Assembly: GCF_009914755.1 (NCBI RefSeq)
Contig: NC_060935.1
Reading direction: 5' to 3' (one strand)
Source of the DNA: the human T2T-CHM13v2.0 reference genome, Homo sapiens
Length of the DNA stretch: 64,000 nucleotides
Shown here piece by piece: positions 54,513-64,000 of the stretch (position 1 is the first letter of the stretch; each line of letters opens with the position of its first letter). The position numbers and the translations under genes are program-made. The notes under the pieces were generated by a model, which was not told where the DNA came from, did not search any database, and saw only the letters and a program-made list of their open reading frames with translations.

Positions 54513-57043
54513 ACGCTTAACATCTTCTAACATATTCTAAAAGCTTTATTTGCTTATTTATATTATAGATGTTCCCCCTTTTCAATGTTTGCTCAAAGGA
54601 GGCAGGAACATTTTACTTATTCATTGTTATATCCCAGGGCATAAAATCGTAGCAGCCAACAATAGATGTTTAATAAATAAGTGTGGAATGAATGGACTAT
54701 AAGCCATTTAATAGGGGTAGAGAGTTGGATAAGTAGGAAGAAGGTGTGAGATGTTAGACCAGTAGCTGGGACTCAGATTAAAGGCCTTTTGTAACCAATA
54801 TACTTAGAAATTTGTCTAGCTAGTTGTATCCAATATCTGCTTATATGAAAACATACTGATTTACTGTGCTAAATACTGTCAATGTATACTTTGTTGGAGT
54901 ATTTTGTTAATTTGCTGCATTTTAGTGATTTAAAAGTGATAAGGTATTTTTATATTATTGATCTCTCATACAATCCTATATTTTATTCACTCTCTACATA
55001 TTTAGTATTACCTACAGATTTACCAAAACAGCTCTTTACCACTTAGGAGCCTACTTGTCCCAAAAACAATTCTTCCTTCTAGAAATGTGAATAATATATG
55101 TATGACTGGGTAAATCTAACTGTTCTAATTTGCTTTTTCTCTATCAGGTTTCTTTTAAATTTTTTCGGTCTGCATTGGGATTGACTTTAATATATTCAAG
55201 ATTCCCCCAACCCCCCTTAGTTACATCATGGTATAAAAAGTTTTAGTCTTCAGCTAATTGGATCAATCAGGCATTTAGGGGGCAATATACACTTCATTGA
55301 TATAATCAAGCGAGGCTGTGCAGCTGGGTAAACCAAAAAATCACAAGGGGGAAAAAAAACACAAGCAGTAGCCATTTAAGTTGAAAAAACGTGTATGGTT
55401 TTAAAAGTACTTCCTCCAACTTCAGAGTTCAACATACAATTTATAAAATAGATCACCTTTTTTGGCATGTTCTGCTAGAAACTTCTAAGTTGTCAACTCG
55501 TTTTCTTAAAAGCAGTCTTTTTATTTCAGCCTAATGATGCTGAGCCCAGAGAAAGTCATTCAATCTGCTGGCAGATGAAAATGAAGTGAAACAGTACACT
55601 AAATGGGTCAGAGGAAAAGTTGTTTCAGGGACCTAAACAGGCTTTCTTTTACAGTTTTTTTCAGGATGACTGAAGAGATAGTATTATAGTTAGATGTAAT
55701 ACAACAGAACGTCCTTCAGGCCCAAAAGAAAACTTTGAAATCTAGGAAGGACTAAGAAGTCATCTACTGAACCATGACATATTTACAGACTAGATGGCAT
55801 ATGTCCAAAGGGTGAAGTCCCTGCAGTCCTTCTGGGGGAGCTTTAAGAGGATGGCAGCAGGAAGAAGTTTGGGTATTCAGGAAGGCATCTGTGAGAGACC
55901 TTAGCCTGTTACTTGAATTTTCCAGGGTGATCTCAAGGTCAATTATACAGTCTCATTATCTATATAAACTGTCCAAATGTCCCCCAAATTTCAATGCCCA
56001 GGCTACATGTCTCAGTACTACTCAAACCTGAATGTTGTACATAATTTCATTTTCAAATGATATATTCCAAAGACAGGGTACATGATGTGAGATGGCCTGT
56101 CATCTTGCCTCAAAACAGCCACGTCAGGCAGAAGAGTGTATGGTAAGAAAAGAAGTATATAGTTGCTTTTTTTGAGAACGTAAATTATGCACCACTAAAT
56201 TCATTTACCCTGAAAATATTTATAGTATTTTTACATTGTATTAGAGACAAACTGAAGAGATAATAGTAACCTTAACCTAAGGTTTACAGGGAATAAGATC
56301 TACATTTTGCCGATTATGGGGTCTTAAATATGAGTACACTTTCCCTGCACTCCTCCTTGCCCCCAAAAGCACTTATGAAAGTGAGTGAACTATGAATTAT
56401 ATCTCAATAAAGGACTAAATTTCTAGAAACCTGGTCTTTCTACAATCTCGAACTTAGAATTTTCATAAGACAATTACCATATAGTAATATATAAATCCTA
56501 TATTAAATAGTTAATATTTTCAAGTACTAAAGAAAGTACAAACACAATATTTAGTACTATACCAAGTATTTAGAAATTTCTCAAAAGTTCTTGCTCATAA
56601 AGCTATTCCCTAACTTTATCAATTAAAAAGGTATTCTTGAGATAGCACATAGTGAATTTATGCCAGGACACACAAACAACAGGCCCAGATAGGCCTACCA
56701 TAATTACAATCTCAAGAAGGGGGAGTATGAGTCTGAAACTATGTTCTACACACAAGTTTCCAAAAATTAATAAAATGTTTCAAAGTAAGTCAACCTATGA
56801 CGTTCTTAAAAAAATCATTGCAACATTTTTATTCTACATAGAAACACAAGTTAAACATTTGCTTATCCCCTTGGAAACAAGAGAAGAAATCACACCTTCA
56901 CCAACACCTACAGTAGGCAAAGATTTATTTTAGGCATTGTCAAGGATACAAAGAAATACAGAGCACAGTGGCTACACAGGGTGATCTGTCAGCTCTGCAA
57001 CTGTAAGAAATTATCAAACATCAAACATGTACAAGTGGAAAAG

Positions 57044-57077
<34 letters not shown>

Positions 57078-57152
57078 TGTGTGTGTGTGTATATATATAT
57101 AAAGTATATATAAGTATACGCACACATAGACACACACACACACACACACATA
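57044..57152. repeat. (TA)n(CA)n(TG)n(TA)n palindromic microsatellite plus a following (CA)n
   Basis: Directly visible. Confidence 0.95.
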
Positions 57153-60100
57153 TAAAAATCTGTATATGATCGTTCTTAAGCAGCTACTAAGGTAAAATAA
57201 TCATGTATTACTGCTTCTTTAGTACTCTATTTGTGTCCAACTTGTGACCTAAATGGTCGTAACAGCAGAAATAAACCACTGCTCTCCAAAACAGACAAAA
57301 CCAAACTACAGGGTAAAGATGCATGAAATTTACACTTGTAAACTTAGAAGCAAATGGCCCCAGTTGCTTCTCTTCTTCAGTTTGCTTTTAGAGAAGTATC
57401 TCATTGAAAGTGGAACTACCTGTTCTGAGAAACAAACTCATACAGAGAAAAAAAAAAAGTAAGAAGAGGTCATTATTAAAAAGGCAAACATATTACAAAA
57501 CATAGGGTTAAGATGATGCAATTAAGATATTTAAATCAGAAAAACCAACACATACATGTACTTCATAAATAGACCAGTATATGTGTAGCACACCAACACA
57601 CATTCCCAATAGTGATAGCCAGGGTGTGTGGTGTCTTCTTTGACAACATCTAGAAAGGGATTAGAGAAAACATAAGTGGTAAAGCTGGTTTTAAAAGAAG
57701 AAAAAGATGAAGTTCACATACAGGCAGAAGGAGGCAGCTTAGGAAACATGAGCATGTTGAAGAATGGAGAAACAGCTGTCCAGAGAAACAGGGAAGACAG
57801 GTCAGTGAAGTGGCAAATGAGTCAGCTTAGATTATTGACGCCTAAGATAAAGTTCCAATGTTCTAATGGTAAATATGCCATAGCATCTTCTAAAGTAGGT
57901 CTGAGCCCTTTGAGTGGATTTGTATGTTGCGTACTTGTATGAATGTTTATATATACATACATATACATGTATACACACACATACATAAATAAATGGTATC
58001 TATTTCTTCGTGTTCCTACCATGAGCAGGAAGTTTTGGTGTTTCTTTCACCCTATAGAATTTCATTCATTCATTCATTCATATTTGTCTAGTGTTTACGC
58101 TCAGTCAAGTATTAGGGCACTAGGATTATAATGATGAACCACATCTGAGTGTATTGCAGCAGGTATGAGGTGGGGGTCATGGGAGATGCAGATGGAAAGG
58201 TGACTCAGTTGTAATCACAATGGGCCTTATATGCAAAGGTAGGGGAAAATATTTGGGTTGAAGAGCAAGAAATCAGGAAACAAAAGGACCAACAAAAAAC
58301 CCAAACAGTGATGTTTTTTCTAAACTTAAAGTCACCAGTCACTATTGATTTTCCTGTACAGAATGGTTTTCTTTTGTGATTTTTCAAAATTACTTATTTA
58401 TCTTTTAAATTGACATATAAAACTGGATGCATTATCATGTATGACATTATGTTTCTGGCCATATATGTATGTGAATATGACCCTTCTTCTACTTACTGTT
58501 TTTTTTTTGTCATAAACTACAAAACGTTTGAACACGTACACACACAAATAAACAAAAGCACAAGAGAAAGATATTTATTCTGATTTGTGTATCAGGATTA
58601 CCTCTTTATTTTAATTTTGATGTCTCACATGAAGCTTTCCAACCCTTTCTACATTCTAGATGCTTACATATATCAAAAGCAGGGCATGACCTGTTTTTTG
58701 TTCTGGCTTTAGCTTTAGTCCAAACGGTTAAACAGCTGGAGGTAATTATCAAAGAATTTAGTATATGCCCAGCCTATTCTAAGTGATTAAAAAAATGTTC
58801 AGTTTCACATTGGATTACCACTGGGGCAAAGCAGATTCATCAGGGTGTTGGCAAGATACCTGATATCTATAAGCTTTAAGCTTGTAGTTGGAGAATTCCA
58901 CCATGCGTTGGGGTGGTAATGTGCAGATGCTTAGAAACATACAAGAAGCATGATAAAATAATTTGACTCCCTATTATAGTCTCCTCACCTTCTCAGTTGG
59001 CAATGATTCCTGAACACACACATCACTTAAAGAAATGAGCACAAAGATAACGATACATAAGAAAAACTGAAAAAACTCTGTCACTGAATACTAACAATTT
59101 TTCTTTTAATATAGCCCTTAATTTATTGAGAACCTACTATGTGCAAAACACTGTGCTAGTAAACAGTATATTCACTGGTAAACAAAACAAGGATGATTAC
59201 CTGATTTCAGAGTTTAGTATCTAATGACAGAAGCAGATATTAAAACAAGAAATAAGCAAATAGGAATAAAATAGCCAGTACTAAGTGAGAGAACAATAAC
59301 AGGGGATAGCTAATTTGAATTGGAAGGTCTAACACAGTTTCTTTGAGGGAGTAATGGTTAAACTAAGACCTGAAGGATCACTAAAAATGAAGTGGATGAA
59401 ACAGCACTTCAACAGAATTAGCATTATTTTAAATCTTGGATTTTTACGGCATGAAAATATCCATGTGTCTTAAACAGGAAATGGAGAAAAGTAATCAGAT
59501 TATTAGAAGTAAGCAAACAACCAGAATATCTTTAAAGAAAAGCTATATTTACAGAAGTAGGTCTGAACATCATTGCCTTTGACCAAAAGTCATTGTAAAT
59601 GTATTGAATAGTTGTAAAAAATAAATGAAAGTTTAAACAGTTAAGTCGAGGTTGGCATGCTGTAGCATAGGCAACCAGACAGGAACTTTGAAGGAATACT
59701 TTTCCCTCAAATGTTTTTCTTCTGAGATAGCAATAATATGAGGCCACAAGAATCAGAATATATTTAAAATGTAAAAAGCAAATCCAAAGTCTAATATCTT
59801 CAACAAAACAAAATTCCAGTGAATCCCAGGGCAACCAGAGGAGGAAATATATTCTATTCTTATTATTGATGTTTTTAGTTTTAGAGGTGTAACTGAGGTC
59901 ACATGACTTCTTAGGATAGTGACAAACAAAGAAACTGGTAGAAGTATCATCTCAAAATGGCCAGTGTGGGCTATAGGAGGTTTGTACCTGCTAAATATTT
60001 ATAGGATTATTTTATTTAAAGCATTCTGTTTTAGGTTAGAGTTGGTTCCAAACCACATACAAAAAATTGTGTAAAAAGTTGGTAGCTAAACTGGAAGCAG

Positions 60101-60171
60101 TTCATTTCCATTTAAAACTACTTCACTATAAAATTAATCATTTTTGTTTTGGATCTCTTGAGAGAGAATAA

Positions 60172-60327
60172 TTTTTTCCTTCTTCTTCTTCTACTTCTTC
60201 TTCTTCTAAATAGAGACAGTGTTTTGCTATGTTGCCCAGGCTAGTCTTGAACTCCTGGGCTCAAGCAACCCTCTCACCTCAGCCTGTTTAATAGTTGGGA
60301 CTATAGATGTACACCCCTATGCCCAGG
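60172..60327 (-). mobile_element. Alu monomer (FLAM-like) with (TTC)n tail
   Basis: tagagacagtgttttgctatgttgcccaggctagtcttgaactcctgggctcaag. Confidence 0.8.
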
Positions 60328-61238
60328 TAAAAGAAGACATATTTTGTTCAAATATTTCATATATTTCATAACCAGACAAGGAACAATATAGGATATCTGG
60401 CTTTTAAACTAATGAGGTAGCTGTGTTGAGCCTGGGTAAGTCCTTGTAACTCTGTGACATTCCATTTCTTCATTTGCCAAAATCCGTAAAAATGATAGTG
60501 TTGAATTAGCTGTCAACCTTATCTAGCTCTAATATTTTCTGATTCATGATATGGATTTCTTACTTTGGTAGATACCCATTTTCCTTTCTTCCTTCAGGTA
60601 TTTCTTACTATGTGCCTGTACTCGGTTAGATGCTGGGAATTCAGCTACAAAAGATACTACCCTCAAGGAGCTCTAGTTGAGCACAGGGAAGGAATGGGGT
60701 GACTGCCTAGGAAACAGGCTATCATGACATAGCGTGAAATGACCTTGGGTGCTACAGTAACATCTAGGGAGAGCTTCTGATCCAATCAGAAACTTAGGTA
60801 GAAACAGTCTTCCTGAGGAGGAAGGAATAAACAGATTCATTTTGCAATTATCATGTCACAGCAACAATACAGTTTACTTCCTTGGACTATTTTCTTAGGC
60901 TCACACAAAAGAATAGAGGTAATTTCAATTTGGGTTAAGAAGTGCTATTTATTAAAGCCTAGGTATCTACTGGAACTCAGTGGATGGGTATAGTCAGCAT
61001 GTTATTTCAGGGCTTGACAATGCTCAAAAGCACATTCATATTTAAAGCTTAGCTTCTTATCTTCTGAACACCCAACTAGGCACACACACAGTGTCTTCTA
61101 ACCTGGTTAATTCCAAGTCACCCAGTCAGCAGGGAACTAGGTACAGTTCCCACCACCAAATATTTGAAGGTCTCTCCTTCCCAGATAAAAATAGAATTAC
61201 ATCACATGTAGTCTTGTCTCAAGAGACCTCTTTTGTTA

Positions 61239-61240
<2 letters not shown>

Positions 61241-61269
<29 letters not shown>

Positions 61270-61285
61270 CTGTGTCTATGTGTGT
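61241..61285. repeat. (TG)n microsatellite
   Basis: Directly visible. Confidence 0.95.
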
Positions 61286-61559
61286 ACCTCAACTAATTTG
61301 AAATGGAGACTGTTTTTATGTTTGTACAACTGATATATTTGTGGAGTGTCCTGATACTTCTACAACGGAAACACCTGCTAATTCCACCCTCTCCCTTTTC
61401 TGATGGTGCCTGAAGTCCAGCCAATATAGGGTAGTCATTACAGCACCCACCCAGACTAGCCAAGGGGTGAAGGGCAATGATCATTTTGAATGGCAATTGC
61501 CATCTTAGGAGGAAACATAAAGTGGCTTTCTTCTGTTTGGGTGACTAAAGTCAAAATAA

Positions 61560-62650
61560 ATCTGCTCTATTCCATTTCATTTATTACTATCTAATATATT
61601 ACTTATCTATTAGGTTAGTTTACTTAATGTTTACCCCACTAAAATATAAGCTTTCTGAGAGTAAGAATTTTTGTTTACTGCTATATGTACTAAGCCTAGA
61701 ACAGAACAGAACAGAACACATGATAGGTGATCAGTAAATACTTATTGACTGACAGACTGAGTGAATAAATGTTGCTCAACCAGCAGAGACTCAACATTTA
61801 ATTCCCTGACTAGGTAGAATCTAGATGGAAAATTTTCACCCATAAATGGCTACAAAATTGTGGCAGGGAAGATAACTAGGATGCTATTTTCTTTTCTATT
61901 TAATCAAATATACGTTTTTTAAAGGACAAGAAAAATGGGGCTGTTATTATTTTGAGCAGTTACCAAAGGAAATCAACAAGTACTGGACAGGGGTCAGTAA
62001 ACCTTGACGAAGACTTTTAAATAACAATAGAGGGGAAAGAAGTCCAAGAGTTAAGGATTATGTCAGGGAAGGATCCTAGAAGGACATAATATCAAGTTCA
62101 CATATGAAGTTTGAGCAGGCAGTAGTCAGGCAAAGAGAGTAGGGCATGGAGAAGGGCATTTGCAGAAAAGAAGAGTGAGAAATGCAGGAGCCCATGAGTT
62201 TGAAAAATTCCACGTCATGCCGTGTGGTTGGAGTACACATGCAAGAAGGGAGTGGTAAGAAATGAGCTGGAAGCTTCAGTGAGAGGTCGAACATGTAAGG
62301 CTTGGTTGCCTTATTCCAAGAAGGTCGGAATTTATCTAAAAGTCAGTGGGAGCATAATGAGTATTATGGTTTATTTGAACAAAGATCACACTGGGCGCAG
62401 TGTGAGTAATACATTGTGGGGACTTAAGCCTGGGACATAAAGACTAGTTAGGTGGCTGCTCTAATTCTGATGAGACATAATGGTGGCTTGAAGTGGGTAG
62501 TTGTGTCTGGGAAAATACAGGTGGAATTTAAGAGTAATTTGAGAGGTGGAATTTATAGGACCTAGTGGCTGACTAGACGCAAACAGTGAGGGTTGTTTTC
62601 TGGCTAATCAGATGGCGATCCCAAGGTGAGAATATAAAAGGAGAAAGAAT
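61560..62650. mobile_element. L2 remnants in both orientations
   Basis: ccactaaaatataagctttctgagag...cagtaaatacttattgactgac (+), and purine-rich reverse L2 at ~62050-62650. Confidence 0.55.
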
Positions 62651-64000
62651 GTTCTAGATATCCACAGTTGCATGATTTTTCTCTATCCCTGGCTTTTTCA
62701 TACAAACCCTAAATATTGAGTAACTTACTTAACTTACTAAGCCTTAGTTTCTTCATCTGTATAATGGTTTAAATAACATCTACCACATAGGCTCACAGCA
62801 AGAAAAATGACTTTCATAGAAGTTATCAAAATAGTAGGGATGAATTCTGACCCTACCATTTAATAAAAATGTGATTATAAATTTGAGTTACTTTACTAAA
62901 ATCTTTTGTTTTCCTATTTTGAAAATGAAGATAACAAAAGGTAAATGCTTGTTTTTTGTGGAATTTAAATAACATAATGGAGGCTTCAGTAGTACATCTC
63001 ACTATTTAGGAGCTGTTATTACATCATCATCACATCTGTGCTATAAGAAAATGAGATATGAGAATCTATTCTATCTAGTGAATAATCTAACGAAGTGAAG
63101 GATATGGTTTCATAGACTTGAGAAGGACAATATGTAACATGTTAATAGTAAGTACATGAGACAAAAAGATGAACAGGACGTGACTGGCTAGAACTGAGAT
63201 TTTTAAATAAAATATGACCGTAAACAGTGGGTCAGAAACTTTGCAGTTGGCTAAAAGTTAATTGTGCTTATGGTCAAGGCAAAGTCTCTGGAGAGCTCTA
63301 CGTGGCATGGGAAGTAGATAATAGTACTTTGTTAAAACATAGTGTACTCTCATTCATGCTCAATAAAACAGGAGATTCATTTGCTGGGAGCTGAAAGATC
63401 TATTGCACTTACTCTACTCATACAAAGTAGGAGGTAAAAATGTCTCACTGCATTTTTCTTTTGGAATTTCTACCAAGGATTCTGGCCTATTCAAGGGAAC
63501 CTCATGCCAAATGGAGAACTGAAGGGAGGAGGCACAGCAGAAAAAAAACACTACAAACTATTCCACAGGCTCATTCTAACCAGATTGTGGTCCCAGGGCA
63601 GGAAAGGGGGAGCTTTTGATGAGAATCACAGATTTTCTGGTATGCAGTATGTCTTTGGCTACAACTGTGTAGGTTGTGGCAACTTACCAGACAGCCAGAA
63701 AATTCTGTGGTGGCTTGGGGCCTGGCAATTCAGTGGTGGCTTCTAAATCTTTAGAAGGCTCAACTTTCTCTTGAGGTTTTGAAACTATGCAGCTTTGACA
63801 TGCCTCATATGAAACTGTCTAAGCATGGTTATTTAATCTCCTTTTCTGGACTTTTTAAAACTCACAACCATACTCTATCATTAAAGAGAAAAAAATAGCC
63901 CCATGTATTCACAAAGAAGCTGAGTTTTCTGTGAATGAGGTTTCGGCAATGCTGGAGGGCATAATTTTCAGGTGACATGACCAAATTTTATGTGTGTGTG

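Noticed and set aside
63023-63040. Another 18-nt AG...GT interval (ttttcttatag|CACAGATGTGATGATGAT|gtaata)
   Set aside because: The donor is weak and it lies at the end of a MIR-like remnant. It shows that such patterns arise by chance.

Overview
Primate (human-like) genomic DNA, AT-rich and dense in repeats (Alu, L1, L2, MIR, MaLR/ERV1 LTRs, a hAT-Charlie fossil). It lies inside the large neuronal gene DLG2 (PSD-93/chapsyn-110), transcribed on the - strand. One confident coding exon is present: 25350-25474 (-), 125 nt, encoding [41 protein letters not shown](R), the first half of PDZ1. The rest is intron, and the supplied ORFs are almost all repeat-derived or chance. The most interesting signals are on the DLG2 sense strand. 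(1) A candidate in-frame 18-nt microexon (49103-49120) with strong splice sites would insert EHGSSK into the PDZ1 carboxylate-binding loop while keeping the K/R-xxx-GLGF spacing. (2) Juxtaposed 3'/5' splice-site (recursive-splicing-type) motifs occur, the best at 16102/16103. (3) A ~77-bp-arm fold-back inverted duplication sits at the junction of a tail-less L1 fragment. An AT-rich palindromic VNTR near the exon, a very short young L1 with TSDs and closely spaced inverted Alu pairs are also noted. All splicing candidates are sequence-only predictions and need RNA-seq and conservation checks. Repeat subfamily labels and boundaries were read by eye and are approximate.
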